The position numbers and the translations under genes are program-made. Positions 42,500 to 57,870 of a stretch of DNA of 64,000 nucleotides are shown here, piece by piece. The number at the start of each line of letters is the position of its first letter. The stretch's first letter is position 1. Below the pieces are notes generated by a model. The model made no database searches. It saw only the letters and a program-made list of their open reading frames with translations, and had not been told where the DNA came from. This stretch comes from Octopus vulgaris (taxonomy: Eukaryota), in NCBI GenBank assembly GCA_951406725.2, contig OX597822.1, forward strand, positions 12,462,001-12,526,000, given 5' to 3'.

Positions 42500-42828
42500 C
42501 GTGTGTGCGCGAATGTATCTGTGAGTTTGCAAGGAAAAGACACAGTTTGACGGTTATTACGAGGCAACGGATCCCTCGAAAAATCAAATCCCAATTGACA
42601 GGAAGTAGATTTCAGGAAGTCGAGGAAATACAAGAAAATGCAATGGAGCAGATGCTCGCTGACCCCAAAAAGGAGTTACAGGAAAGCTTCCATCAAGGGA
42701 AAAAACGCCGGATAAAGTACGCAGCGTACGAAAGGGACCAGGTCGAAGGAGATTAAGTGACGAATTGGTATATGATATAGTTTTCTTCTTTTAACGCCAT
42801 TCTCAATACCTTTTCATCAGACCTAATA
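42216..42828 (+). mobile_element. Internally deleted mariner element with both TIRs
   Basis: TIRs tacgaggtctgatcaaaaggta / taccttttcatcagacctaata; C-terminal remnant KIKSQLTGSRFQEVEEIQENA...VEGD. Confidence 0.85.
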
Positions 42829-43208
42829 TATTAATATGTGTAATATCATATATACGAGTAATGTAGACGTAATATATGTTTGTATGCCTCTATGTATGTA
42901 TGTATGTATGTATGGATAAATGCAGAGATATAGGTAAGTATGTATCGATGGTTTTATGTTTGTATGTATTGAGGGATGGATGAATGGATGGGTGTGTATA
43001 AATATGTATGTGTGTATATGTATGATTTAACAATTAATTTGATATTGTTTTTAGTACCTTGTCTGGTAGTATTTTTTGCGACTGTCCAGTAACTTAGATT
43101 AAACTTTACGATATATATATATATATATATATATTCATAAGGAGAGAGAAATAATCTATATGCAACTGTATATATTAATGTATGTTTATGTTCACATGTA
43201 TAAGTGTC

Positions 43209-43260
<52 letters not shown>

Positions 43261-43261
43261 G

Positions 43262-43314
<53 letters not shown>

Positions 43315-43614
43315 CACATAGATATGCTGACATATATTTATACATAGATAGAGAACAGCTTAACTACCAACGTTTCAATGACTGACGGCGGCGTGTTAAT
43401 TATTATTTAACAGACACGGGAAATAAGTTGTAGCCTTGTAAAAAAAAACCCACATACAAATACATAAAAAAACCCACCCACTAACAAACACAGTTATATA
43501 CATACAGGTATACATACAAATACACACATATACCCGCACACATATGTATGTGTATGTATGTATAAATACACATATGCATATATATATATAAGAAATTCCT
43601 CTTTTCTGTTACTG

Positions 43615-43656
<42 letters not shown>

Positions 43657-44306
43657 GTATACATCCACTAGTTTACGTCGTCTCTATTTATCTTCTTCCA
43701 GAGGCTGACAATAATTACTGCTACGTTTGTGTTATATTTACTTTTATTTCAGCTCTGAGGGTCAACCATGTTTGATGGTAACTCCATCCGACATCTCTTG
43801 CTCTATCGTATCGTCTGCTCACCTACATCACTGCTGTCGCCATTTTAGTTATTGCTGTTTATGTTCGTGTTAATTCTGCTTTCGGTGTACTACTTGTTTT
43901 ACTTCCTAATTATCCTTGCTTTCAATAAAATGACTTCTGTCTCCTCTATATATAATTTTATTGTATGTTTCTACTTTATTTGATTATATTATTAATTGGA
44001 CATAGAGTTTTGATTTTACGATCACCCATCAAAAATAACCATCTTTATTACTAAGGTTTACACTCGTTTTGGTTACGTCAATTGATTTTTCGCTTTGGAC
44101 ATGTTCCGAAGTTGTATATATCTATTATAAGACACTGTTAATTATTACAGGATTTTATACTATTTTATTTTCATTATTTTCTTTTAGTATCGATGAAATG
44201 TTGTATTACCTGTTTGAAGAACTTATAAATTTGGCATATAAGCAATTGAACACACCGGCATGATTACATGTAAAAAAAATGTGTGGATATGTAGCTATAC
44301 AAACAG

Positions 44307-44368
<62 letters not shown>

Positions 44369-44384
44369 TTTTATATATATATAT

Positions 44385-44600
44385 AGTTAATCCAAAAATG
44401 AAAACACAAAGACAAAACACAGCAAGGCGAGGATGTGGACCAAGTATAGTGTTATTGGGAGCTCAGGAAATGAAAGAAAGAAGGAGGATTTGACGTTTGG
44501 AGTGGAGCTCTTCGTCAGAAACATAGAAAAAGGAAAGAACCAAGGAAGGGAAGAGGGGGGAAGAAAAATCGCCAACGGTACACACGCGGTCACATCACAC
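44385..44600 (-). mobile_element. PLE-type terminal repeat with degenerate hammerhead (44488-44522)
   Basis: Minus strand: gttt-CTGACGA-agagctccactc-cAAAC-GTC-aaat; abuts (TA)n. A diverged copy lies at ~48980-49145 (+). Confidence 0.6.
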
Positions 44601-44791
44601 ATGTTTATACTAGAAAAGGGAACAGAGCAGGAGCACACACGACAACGGAAAATGTCGCTGAACAGGTCGACGAAAGATTTCCGGGCGATGGACATGAGTT
44701 GGAATAAGAACAGTAATAAACGAGTGAAGAACGAAAATATAGTGCGTGTGTTTATTTGGCAAGAATAAACATCATCCTGAAATAAAATGTA

Positions 44792-44869
<78 letters not shown>

Positions 44870-45195
44870 TGTATATTGTAGTATTTCGTTTAGGCATAGC
44901 GAGATCAATAACATGGTATAGAACTCAATACACATATGTTTCAGAATACGATATTATATGATTATACAGTATTAAAATCCCCAAAATGACACCGGAGAAA
45001 ACAAATGTTGTGTAATGTACTTCATTCGCTCACAGCAGGTGGACTCTAAGTTGAGTTTCAGGATAGCTTTTTGATTCATCAGCGCCATGAATATGAAGTG
45101 TGCTTTATTTTGGACAGTTACATTCTTAGAACATAAGGGAGTTCAACGAAAACTTTCTCACTCATAACACCTCTTTATTTCTCTCTCTCTCTCTC

Positions 45196-45279
<84 letters not shown>

Positions 45280-45290
45280 TACATACACTA

Positions 45291-45360
<70 letters not shown>

Positions 45361-46055
45361 TCTTTGATTAGGAAAAATTTACAACCTCCCGCTTCAATGA
45401 AGCACTTTTGTTCCTGAAAGTTTTATATTATATATTTTGTACGGTTTGCTTGAATCTAACCTTCTTCCTACAACTCGATCGTTGGATCTTACACTTATAT
45501 ATATAAATATATATGTGTGTGTGTTTGTGTATGTATATATGTGTATATCCATATTGATATGTGTATATATTATTTAATCGACTGCAGTACTCATTCATTA
45601 CCAAACCCTAAGTTATTGGGTTGTAGACAAACCAACGACGGTTGTGAAGCATTGGCGGGGTGGGGAAACAAACACAGACACAAAGACACACAATTTAAAT
45701 ATAAACACGACAGCCGGTTTTCTTGTAGTTTCCGCTTAGCAAATTCACTCCCAAGTATTTGGTTGGCACAAGGACATTGTAGAAGGCACTTGGACATTAA
45801 TCCACCGGCTTTTATAATGTCAAACTATCACTGTATTGCCCAGACAATCGGATGTTGTTTTATACCGATGGTCACAATGCGCCGACATGTATTGTTGTAG
45901 CTTTAAAATCATGCTACCCTGCTGGCTAGCGTGAGCAGGCCAATATTCTAACTGAATGGAACAATAGGCCATCACCCGCTGACCGGACTGGGCTAATGTA
46001 AAATGAAGTGTTATGCTGAAGAACACAACGTAACTCCGATCAGAGAATCGAAACC

Positions 46056-46099
<44 letters not shown>

Positions 46100-46370
46100 T
46101 AATTATATGAATATGTGTGTTGGAAAATCTCGAACAGAATGCGTGTTGGAGACACCAGAGTTGGGGATTAGTGGCTATTAAGAGCAACGATTTGTTAAGG
46201 GAGTCTCTGGTTATCAAATATAATCTCCTTGCTGGTCTGTTCTGGAAGAATTTTATTCAAGAGCCTGAAGAATTTCTGGAAATTCATGACCTTGCAATGC
46301 TAATGGGGTAGGGCACTGAACTTCGAGATAAAATATTCAATGTTGTCAACCGGGAATTGCAAAGATCTGT

Positions 46371-46885
46371 GCAGTGAACAGTTGAAAAAATAACAAAATA
46401 ATCAAAAATAGCAAAATAATCAAAAATAACAAAATAACCAAAAATGACAGAGAATACTGGAATTATTTAATATTTAGCGCGAAGCCCTTTAGCTTCAATC
46501 ACACTTTGACATCTTCGACTGCATGATGAAATTTAATTTTCAATTTCTTGCTGGGTGATATTATTCCATTCTTCCTGAAGGGCATTCCATAATTGCTCGG
46601 TTGTTCTAGGATTTCTGGCTTTTGAACGTTCTCCTAGAAATTTCCACACATTTGCAATAGAATTGAGGTCTGAGCTTTGAACAGGCCAATCCATAACAAT
46701 AACCTTTTCAACCTTGAGGAAGTTCATGACCATCTTAGCCTTGTGACATGGGGCATTGTCCTGCATGAATATGGGTGGTCGCTTAGTTGAATTTCTCAGC
46801 ACAGGCAAGACATGATCTTTTACCTCTCCATGTAATCGCACCAAAGGACCCACGCCATCTCCAGATATCATACCCCAAACCATGG
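46371..46885 (-). mobile_element. Tc1 transposase C-terminal fragment
   Basis: MVWGMISGDGVG, FMQDNAPCHKAK, DWPVQSSDLNSIANVW. Confidence 0.9.
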
Positions 46886-47699
46886 TCCGGGGTCAATACA
46901 ATAATGTTCCATTGACGTACGGCTGTTGAAGCAACCCGACTTATACGTCCCCTTAATACTGCTCGTCTTGAGTCAAAATTAGAAAGAATTATCATCACCA
47001 TCACCATCACCATCACCATCACCATCATCATCATCATCATCACCATCGTCGTCGTCGTCGTCGTCATCATTATCATCATCATCATAATCATCATTGCTCT
47101 TTATAAAGTTAACTTCCTTCTGCTATCTTTTCTTCTCCTTTATTTCTTTTTCGTCTTCTTTTTCTCTAATTCCGCCTGCAGTTCGATTGAACCGATAAAG
47201 TTATTCAAGGCCTCACATTCATTAGCTCAATGCCTTGGAGGTTATAGCAAATCGCCACAGCAATTTTCTACGACAGATTTTCCTTTGCACTTTTAAAGAA
47301 TGCTCTAATTAGTCATGCGACACCATCTTCTTGTTCAAGTTGCTGCTGCTGTAATGCTTCTCATTAATATTCTTGCCCTTGCTCTTGTTGTTATTTTCAT
47401 TATTTTGGATTTTTTGTGGTTACATTTTTAATTGTTATCTGATAGGTTTTTTTTCTTTTTTATTACCGGTTTTAGTTGGACGCTTTGGTTGCTCCCGCTT
47501 GTATTTTTGCAGATGATACTTCAACATCTCCATAGACATGCAGGAAGTAAATAGAGACATTTCATTTTTAAAACTTCTGATCTAGGCGCTTTAATATGTT
47601 TTCCGCGGTGTAGAATTTACAATATAATTATTCTTTTTCATTCCAGGAACCATTATATCAAATATTTGCAAAGAGTAACCATACCGCGCACAAAAGATT

Positions 47700-48047
47700 C
47701 AGCACAACTGTCATATTTTCAAAGCGGTCGTATTTTTGGGTAATCTGAGGCGAAAAATTGCCGAAAATCTTCAAATTCCTCTTGCTACTATTATTAGGAT
47801 TAAAGTGCATTTAAAAAGCAAAGGAAAAGAATCAACAGATTCTCTTCCCGGCCGACCTGGACCCTTGGAAAAGAAGCTTCGCTGTTTGAAGAGAATTGTG
47901 GAAAACGAGCCCCGTTCAAAGGCTTCTGACATTGCAAAACAGCTAGAAGTTACTCCAAGAACGTGTTTTACATATCTGCATAAGCTTGGATATTATGGAC
48001 GAGCAGCTAGAAGAAAACCTCTCATTCAACCAATTGATATCAAATAA
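47700..48047 (+). mobile_element. Tc1 transposase N-terminal (HTH) fragment
   Basis: RKIAENLQIP, PGRP, ASDIAKQL, LHKLGYYGRAARRKPLI. Confidence 0.85.
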
Positions 48048-49139
48048 AAGATTGTGAAAAGCAGAGGAGTCTATTTACTTCCTGCATGTCTGTGCATACC
48101 CATCCACTTGTTTTCCAGTTAGTTTTTTTTTGCTATATTATAAGCATTTTCTATTCTAATTTTGTTGTTGAGCACACGTTATCCGGCACTTTTGCTCCGG
48201 TTTCAGTTTTGTCTGTGTAGGAATGAGGGAGGTTTTAACTAATTATAGTACGAGGAGTTATGTCCAATCGGGCAACAACTACAACGCTATGGTAGTTGCA
48301 ATGAAGCTACTTAGGGAAGTGTTACATTATTGAAATTTATTATAATTGCTGACTTCTTTAAGCCCTGGGCTCTTTCGAAACGGAGGGAATTCATAAAGGA
48401 TATTTCGTAAATACTACATGTTTTCAACTATATTGAAGTATGTGATCACATGGGAAATTTATGCGAACAAAACGAGTGTATATATCGAGAGATATTCATC
48501 ATGGGATACGTAATATTGCAGCTTTAACGGATGTAAAATAATTCCCAGTATTACTAAACTAGTTATATATACACACATACACATACATATATACATATAC
48601 GTATATATACACATATAAATATACATATATATACATATATACATATATACATATATAAATATACATATATACATATTTATATATATATATGTATATGTAT
48701 AAAATATAGTTAATATTCGGTTGAATTAGGTACTTTTATTGAGGTACATTGCTAGTTCGGCATAATCTCACGCCAACTATATTATTTGAATATTGACTAT
48801 CAAGACTCTGTGTAGGGGTGTATGTACCCAATATTGTTGTTGGGTGTGTAGACAAGGCAACCCAGCTAATTGAAGATATCCGTCCTTGGTAATTTAGATA
48901 TATATACTTCCAGAAAGGTATTAGAGAATAGTGTTTCCGAAGTACTGATTCCAAGTCAGGTGAACGGACTGTTCGCAATTCTTTCTTCCTTCCTTTCTTT
49001 TTGAACTTTCCTATGTACTTTGGTTCCGAAGGAGTGTTACGCTCGAAACGCAAAACAACCACTCTTTCCGTCTCTGAGTATCTTATTAATATTTTGCCTG
49101 TGCTACGTTTACTCGTCTTTTCTTCTTCCGTTTTCTAAT

Positions 49140-49186
<47 letters not shown>

Positions 49187-49690
49187 TGTGTGTGTCTGTG
49201 TGTCTGTGTGTATACGTACGTTATAGTTATCTAACGAACGAGGATGGTGGGTTCAGTACATAGTGTGTAGGAGACGGGTTTTTGAATTAAAAATGAAACT
49301 CGTGACACTAGTTTCACGGTCATGCGATCATTAGATGAAACTAAATAAATTCTGTATAAATTGTGTATTTATAACGATTGCTGGAATGTTAGTGTTCTGC
49401 TACTTGTATTATTTCACCGATTATATGTTCTATCTATGTTGTGGTGTTTGTATTTTAGGCAAACGTAGGTGAGGGAATGCTATGAATTTGTTTCTGGAAA
49501 TATTAATTGAGGAAGTATTACCTTAGTCACCTTTTATTATTAAGTTTATTTATTTATTTACAGGAGTAAATGTAGCTTGCACGTGGAGTATTTCAGTTGC
49601 TTGAAAGTGTTTCCTGCAAGAAAAGGGTGTACATTTTCCTATAGGGCTGTGTGTCTATATGCATGTATGTCCACGGGTGTATGTGTAGGG

Positions 49691-49754
<64 letters not shown>

Positions 49755-50172
49755 GTATATATATATATATATATATATATGGAGAGAAAGAGAGAGAGGG
49801 GGAGAGAGTGTGGAAGAAATGGAAATAGAGAATGTATCTGTGTTTGTGTTTGTAACGACTAACGCTAAACAACCGGTATCAGTTTTGTTATGTCCTCATA
49901 TATTATCATTTCAGTGAAAGTGATCGATAGAATGAATACCAGAATAGAACAAATACATACAAGTGTTGATGGTTTTCGACTGAACTCTTCAATGCAGTGC
50001 CCCAGCACGGCCACAGTCAAATGACTGAATCAATTAACAAATAAATGATACACGTACTTTCACATGTAAATAGCCTTCAGTGATTACAATCTAGAAATTT
50101 ATCTTTCTCTCTTTATATATGCGTGTGTATGTAAATGTAAATATATATACACATATATATATATTATATGCA

Positions 50173-50231
<59 letters not shown>

Positions 50232-50821
50232 GCATATCGGTATGTATACGTATATATATATCTGTGTGTGTTTCTTTGTATTTCTTTGTCCTACACCATG
50301 TTTTGGCAACCGGTTTTGGTTTGTTTATGCTCCTGTAACTTAGCGTTTCGGCCGGCAAAATGGGCGACAGAATAACAAAATGTCAGTACTGATGTCTATT
50401 GTTTCGGTTAAAGTCTTGAAGACAATCCTTCATCAATGAGTGAAGCAAAGACTAGATATAAGATAAAGGTTATACACCTCTCTTGTAGCTCGTCTAGCTT
50501 AAATAACAAATTTACTAATTTCAGGAAACCAAAATTCCTGGCTTTAAACTTCGATAAAATTACATGGGAAAGAGGATTGATCAATGTTTTCGATAGTAAT
50601 TCTAAGTTTGCGAATAACGTAAACCATGAAATCGGATCAAACACATTCTATGTATCGATTATATATAATGAACGCTGGCTTGTCGCGAGCGTCTGTTATA
50701 CGTATTTATTACTGAACTAATGTACATCTTGAAGAGAAATATTTCTTCTAACACATCACAGGAATGTTTTCTATAAGCAAGTTAGAGGAATATATTATAG
50801 AAATCGGTGACGGTATGCATA

Positions 50822-50863
<42 letters not shown>

Positions 50864-51199
50864 ATACGTATAAGTATAATGCACGTATGCATTTGCATAC
50901 CATTTAATATAATCGTGTGTGTGTGTATATATATATATACGTATGTATATATGTGTGTGTCAATGTGTGCGTGTGTGTATGTATCCGTTATATATATATA
51001 TATATATATAGATATATTATTATTATTATTATTATTATTGTTATTACAAATTTAGGATTTTACCAATAGGACCACAACTTCCGTTACAGGACAACTTTAT
51101 TTTCTGGAGTACACATAGAATGTTATATCCAAAATTCTATTCTAATAATATAAGCATTTTAAATCCTATTATAAGTATAATAAAATAAAGTACAATAGA

Positions 51200-52855
51200 A
51201 TTAATTAAAATTTATTTAAATATATTTAAAAATATATATATACGTTACCAGTTATTAGTATGTGGGAAAAGAAGATAATATTAATCAACGCTACACGTGT
51301 TTCTGCCCTGACGGTTTGTTTTACCAGGCTATACCTACTACATAAATCCACCAGTGCGTCCTCAGGCTATTTTTCTTTTTCTCTTTATTATTATTATTAA
51401 CGGATCCAACTTAATCCCACAAATTCTAGGTTATCTTCTTTAAACATAAGAATAAAATGAAAAATATATTTATAACATCCTAATATATTTTTACAGAATT
51501 TAAAATAAATTTTATATTACAAAATTATAAAATTAAAAAGACTCTTAAAATTTTCATAAAATGAATCGCCTAAAAATACAATAGCGATATATATATATAG
51601 AAATTGCTAAACATAAAGAAACTCTCATCGACTATTATATAAACACGTCAAATTAAACCGCCTACCTATATAAACTTTACGTGAATTAATAATTTATTGT
51701 GAAATTTCCCCTATCAATAGTAGGAAATATTACCATTTAACTATCTTCTTCATAATTGTTTAAGAGATTACATTCTGGTGGGGGCTATCTTTTCATATAT
51801 TTTCATTTTATTATACGTAAAGCTATTTTCCTGTCGGCATTTTTTTCCCTTCTCTTTTGTACTGTTCATTAATACTTCTTTCGACTGGAGTATTTCCATA
51901 AACTCTGTAATGCATAACAAGCACATTTTGTTACGTATTCAACATGACTTTGCTCTACTAATGATATTCCAATTCAGGGTGTATTCTATTTTTTCCAGAT
52001 TTCAATTCCCATATATATTTACTTAGACCTGTCGAATTACTTAATTTGGGTTTTTTTAAGGATTGGTAATGCTGGGAAATCCTTCTTTTAATTTCATTCG
52101 CTGTGGATCCTATATATTCTTTTTCTTATTATTATTAGAGGTTACAGTACATTTATAAATTACATTATTTAGGTTGCAATTGTTATTAAGCCTTCATTTT
52201 GATTTATCTTCACATGTGCATTTATTTAGTATAAGGTTATGCTTTTTGTTTGTTATATTTCTTCGGTAGCTATTATTGATAATAGATAAATTATTATTAT
52301 AGAATTTATTTAATTTGACGTTGTTTATATAATATTACTAACGTTTCTTGTTGTCGAATATCCAACTCTGATAGTTTTGTTTTTTTTGATAATATTTTCG
52401 AATACGCTTTATTCTTTTTAAAGGATATTTTAATTATGTTCAGAATTACTTTAAGTTAGTTTTGATTTGGACCTCATAAGAGACGACTAACCTTATTATT
52501 TCCTTATGCTTTTTTTATTATTAATATTACTATTATTATAATTCATCTTATTATTGTTATTTGTCATTGTATTCCTCGAGGGTATATAATAATTATGTTT
52601 ATTTCCATTCGTTTCCTTTTGGAATTTTCCTTACTATGATTATTTTTATTAATATTTTTATTTATACTTATTTTTATATTTATTTATTTCCTTATATTGT
52701 TTATTATTATCTTTCCTATTACCTCTATAGTTAGTTTGAGTGTTAGGATGATTCCTAGTATTATTATTTGGTCCGTAATAATTATAGAATTTAATTTAAG
52801 TATTATATCCTGCTTCTTTTAATGCTCTTTTAATACTTCTTTTAATTTATATATA
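51200..52855 (-). mobile_element. Decayed Penelope-like element (Naiad-like) 3' half with GIY-YIG endonuclease
   Basis: ALKEAGY, NKTIRVGYSTTRNVSNII, CTCEDKSK*RLNNNCNLNNVIYKCTV, EYIGSTANEIKRRISQHYQSLKKPKLSNSTGLSKYIWELK. Confidence 0.85.
51289..51368 (-). ncRNA. Hammerhead (canonical core, long stem II loop) at the PLE 3' end
   Basis: Minus strand: gc-CTGAGGA-c-gcactg...cagggc-a-GAAA-cacgtg-TA-gc; stem I is short. Confidence 0.65.
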
Positions 52856-52859
52856 TGTA

Positions 52860-53637
52860 AACAGTGTGCGGTGAATAAACTGTCGTCTAAATTACGCAAA
52901 AATGAAAATATCACTGACATTTCATGTTAACAGATATATTTACCAAAATTGCATAAAAATATCTTGAAATACTAAAGAGTAAATTTATTCAATAAAACCG
53001 CCATTGGCTTCAACCACAGTTCTCCTGTCCAGACGACTTCGGAATCTCCTGAAACTCTTCTGGATCATCTCCTTGTTTAAGCTGGTGTATGATGTCATAA
53101 TCGTTGCCTTCAGTTCATCTTTTGTGTTACAAGGAATTTTGTTGGTCTCTTGCTGAACTGCGCCCCACACATAAAAATCAATGGGGTTAAGGGTGTTAAG
53201 GTGACGTGGTCGCAGAAATTGTCTGACAGGCATTACTGGGTTCTCTTGATTGTGTGGCATGGTGCAGATTCTTGCTGCCAGAAATAGAGTCTTCTAACAA
53301 CCACAACGCTTGACCTGGGGCATCACTAACTTCTCCAGGCACTTGATGCAGGCCTCCGAGTTGAGTCACTCCAAAGACAATGATGTTCACTGGATTATAA
53401 TTTTTCCCTCTCTGTTCATGCATTGTAATCAGTGAGAAATGTTTATGTTGGGATTTCCAATGCGAATGCCAAGCCGTACAGTATGTCGTTTTAAAATTTC
53501 TAGCAGAGTGAATTGCAGCATGGTGCTCTTTTTCTCACTGAACCTACTTATATTGTGTAGTCGACGAAATCAAAAACAAAGAATGTGCATGCACGAAATG
53601 AAAAAGGAAAATGACGAAAATTTACCCATCGCAGTCT

Positions 53638-53640
<3 letters not shown>
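52860..53640 (-). mobile_element. Internally deleted maT/DD37D element with TIRs
   Basis: TIRs acagtgtgcggtgaataaactgtcgtc / gacgaaaatttacccatcgcagtctgta; LNPIDFYVWGAV...RFRSRL...VVEANGGFIE. Confidence 0.88.
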
Positions 53641-53681
<41 letters not shown>

Positions 53682-53784
53682 GAGTACGAGCCATCTGTAT
53701 TTACTGCATTTTTTGTAGCTTATTAAAGATGTCCTCGTACGAAACAATTGTACCGAGATTTTAATCCATTCTTGTTGCTTTTTT

Positions 53785-53865
<81 letters not shown>

Positions 53866-53904
53866 ACACATATATACGTAGGCATATGTAAACACACATA
53901 CACA

Positions 53905-53942
<38 letters not shown>

Positions 53943-53980
53943 CATATATGTATATATATCAAGCTCTCGCTTTCACTCAA

Positions 53981-54020
<40 letters not shown>

Positions 54021-54452
54021 TCTCTCCCTATATAAACACACATACACAGATATGCATAGATGAATCGATAGACAGATAGATGAAGGTATTAAAAAGACTG
54101 AATAACAGAGAAAATTATCACCTCTCTTAAACATTCCCGGTAAGATTTCGGGTAATGATTACGTCGTAACTGCTTCTGCCATTATTACCACAACTCAAAG
54201 ATGAGAATTAGAAAACAATGCACGAACCTACTGGCTCACAACCCACATTTGTGTGTGTGTGTGCGTGCGTGCATGTGTGCGCCAGTGCGTTGTGTGTAAA
54301 TATGGATATACGAATGTGCGTAGATACATATGTTTATGAAGCCCATTGAAACACACATTAATTTATACTGTGACAGCAATATCCTCCTGTTTATACACAC
54401 ACATACACACACACACACACACATATATAAATATATATATGAAATATGTATA

Positions 54453-54502
<50 letters not shown>

Positions 54503-54504
54503 CC

Positions 54505-54550
<46 letters not shown>

Positions 54551-54700
54551 CACCTGTATATATATACATTCATATATATTTATGTATTTGTACATGTATA
54601 TAAATGTATGCATACATTTATACATACATATCTATCTATCAATCCATCTAACTATCTCCCGATATGTATAGGCACACACACACACACACACACACACACT

Positions 54701-54737
<37 letters not shown>

Positions 54738-55014
54738 GTAAGCGGAAGCCCCTGTGTGTATGTATATGTGTTCACGCACACCTGTACATGCAGAAACAGG
54801 TGCCAAATAATGATGGAACATCGTAACCTCCAGGTTCGTTGCATCTATTCGAAATTAAAATCGTAAAAGAGGTGAATGGAAGATTTTATATTTTTCTTAT
54901 TTTTACCGTTTCTAGAGAAACTCTATTGCACAGATACATCATTGCTTCCTATTTATGGAATCGATATTGCTTAAAGTCTTAACTGATTTTCGAGCTAGGC
55001 CTGCTAATACGATC

Positions 55015-55064
<50 letters not shown>

Positions 55065-55279
55065 ATATATATACATGCATGCATACAAGAATAAGCATGC
55101 TCATGTATAGTAATAATAAACAACAAAATACGTATTCTTATGGAAGTAGAAGTGAGGAGGGGCGTTCTTGAATATTTCATGTAAGGCTTACACATGTGTT
55201 TCATTCTCTCTCTCATCTGCTGTGTATGTGTTTCTGTGTGATGGGTGTGTAAGTGCATGTGTATATATATCTATCTCAC

Positions 55280-55312
<33 letters not shown>

Positions 55313-55467
55313 GTTCATGTATCCATCCTTCTATTTATCTATATATCTATATCTATATGTCTATCCATCTATTTATTTATCAAACTATCTGTCTGCCTGT
55401 CTATCTATCTATCTATTTATTTAATTATCCCTCAATACATTTATCTACCGCTCTGCCTCTCCTCACC

Positions 55468-55520
<53 letters not shown>

Positions 55521-55621
55521 GAGAGAGAGAGAAAGTGAGGGAGAGAGAGGAAGAAATAGATAGATAGAAGATAGTTAGATAGATATAGATATAGAAATAT
55601 TTTCATATATATAAACAAATA

Positions 55622-55683
<62 letters not shown>

Positions 55684-55823
55684 CACATTGATACACACAC
55701 ACACATATATATATATACGTGCATAGATATACAAGTGCATATAATTATATATGTGTAATATATGAATGTATTGTATAAATATATGATATATTCGTAGGAA
55801 TGTGTTATACAGATATATATATG

Positions 55824-55869
<46 letters not shown>

Positions 55870-55941
55870 TTATAGGTTCTAATTATATATGCATATATAG
55901 TTGTATATGATACATACATGCATACATACATATAGATATAC

Positions 55942-55976
<35 letters not shown>

Positions 55977-56634
55977 CGTATTTGTGTCTAATTATGTATG
56001 CCGATACTTAAACATACTTGCACTGTGAACTATTAATTAGTAGAATGTATAAAACATGAAAGAGCTTCATAAGTAATATGCTCTCGTGATTTTGATAAAC
56101 ATATAATTCGCCAGACACACAATACCCCCGCACACACACACACACACATACACAGACACACACACGCAAATATACAAAAAGAAAAACATATACACGTACA
56201 CACGCATTCATTGGAAGAAGCACATGTAGAATTTGGCGCATAATCATCGCCATCGTCGTCCTCTCTGTCATCGCCTTCGTCCCTCTCCCCCTCATCCTCT
56301 TCCTCATCATAATCCTCGTCACAACAACCATCATCATTATAGTCGTGGTGTACTACCTTTGCCTTCGCCAATTCATGTACCACGGCTGAGGTTCGATACG
56401 CTGTGGCAGAAAGCCATGGATACTAAATAATTTGCTATTTCCGATTTGTATGTCGACCATTGTGATCCGATCTATAGCTGCAGGAAGGTGGACAGAGCGC
56501 CAGGAATTCCATTCGTTTCATCAGCACAATAATCAAATGCGCATCTCCTTTGTTTCAATACTTGCTGTGCGTGTCTGTGGCTTTGAACTGGTTGATCCCA
56601 ATCCTGAATTTCCTGAAATGGCCCCGAATAATTA

Positions 56635-56889
56635 GAATCCGTTCCCCAGCATGAAAAAACAACAACACTTGGCTGGAAACCAGTATCGCGCTGATGATGA
56701 CGTCATACTAGTAGAGGGAGACATTTTTATCATTAAAAGGATGAAAGATTCTTCATCAATGGGATGCAAGCGCTGCAACACCGATGGAAGAAGTGTATAT
56801 GGTGGAAGAGAGAATAGGTCGAAAAGTAAACCTCATTTAGTCACATTCCAGCAGAGTCTGTCAACGTGTGAAGCTTTCAACCGATCCTC

Positions 56890-56892
<3 letters not shown>
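56635..56892 (+). mobile_element. Mariner 3' end fragment
   Basis: FPSMKK..HLAGNQYRADDDVI, FFINGMQALQHRWKKC and a 3' TIR-like tttcaaccgatcctcata. Confidence 0.8.
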
Positions 56893-56920
<28 letters not shown>

Positions 56921-56976
56921 TGTATGTATGTATGTATATATGTATGTATGTATATGTATGTATGCATGTATGCATG

Positions 56977-57010
<34 letters not shown>

Positions 57011-57409
57011 TGTATGTATATATGTATGAATGCATGTATGAATGCATGTATGTATGTATGCATGTATGCATGTATGTATGTATGTATGAATGTATGTATG
57101 TATGTATGTATGAATGCATGTATGCATGTATGTATGTATGTATGTATGTATGCATGTATGAATGTATGAATGTATGTATGCATGTATGTATGTATGTATG
57201 TATGCATGTATGCATGTATATATGCATGTATGAATGAATGTATGTATGTATATATCTATGTACGTATATATGTATGTATGTATGTATGCATGTATGAATG
57301 CATGTATGCATGTATGTACGTATGTATGTATGTATGTATGTATGCATGCATGCATGTATGTATGTATGTATGTATGTATGTATGTATGTATGTATGTATG
57401 TATGTATGA
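56893..57409. repeat. Degenerate (TATG)n array with CATG/AATG variants
   Basis: Directly visible. Confidence 0.97.
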
Positions 57410-57498
57410 ATGAGTGCTTGTTTTATATATACATATTTATGCTTATTTGTGTATGTAAGTGATGCGTGTGTACGTGTGTATATCTATATTTATAACTA

Positions 57499-57529
<31 letters not shown>

Positions 57530-57543
57530 ATATATATATATTT

Positions 57544-57579
<36 letters not shown>

Positions 57580-57589
57580 AGAGAGACGC

Positions 57590-57870
57590 AGGTTTCAGTT
57601 CAACCAATCAACGGAACAACTCACTTGTTAAATTTACGTGCAGTGGTGAAGCAGTCCACAAACACGCGCACCCCTAACTGTTCTCAGAGGGATTCAGCGT
57701 GACACAGAATATGAACCGGCCCCTATTGAATTACGTGTATAACTAATCTTCGCCAGCTGAGTGGACTGGAGCAACGCAAAATATAGTGTCACAAAACGCC
57801 GCCGGGAATAGAACACACCGTCGAACGAGCGTGACCCGTTGACAGTAAACACTAAGCCACGGGTCTTAAA
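57590..57870 (-). mobile_element. SINE related to family B (shared 3' part, different CORE-like middle)
   Basis: Shares caacggaaca...gattcagcgtgacacag with family B; the middle is cagctgagtggactggagcaacg. Confidence 0.65.
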
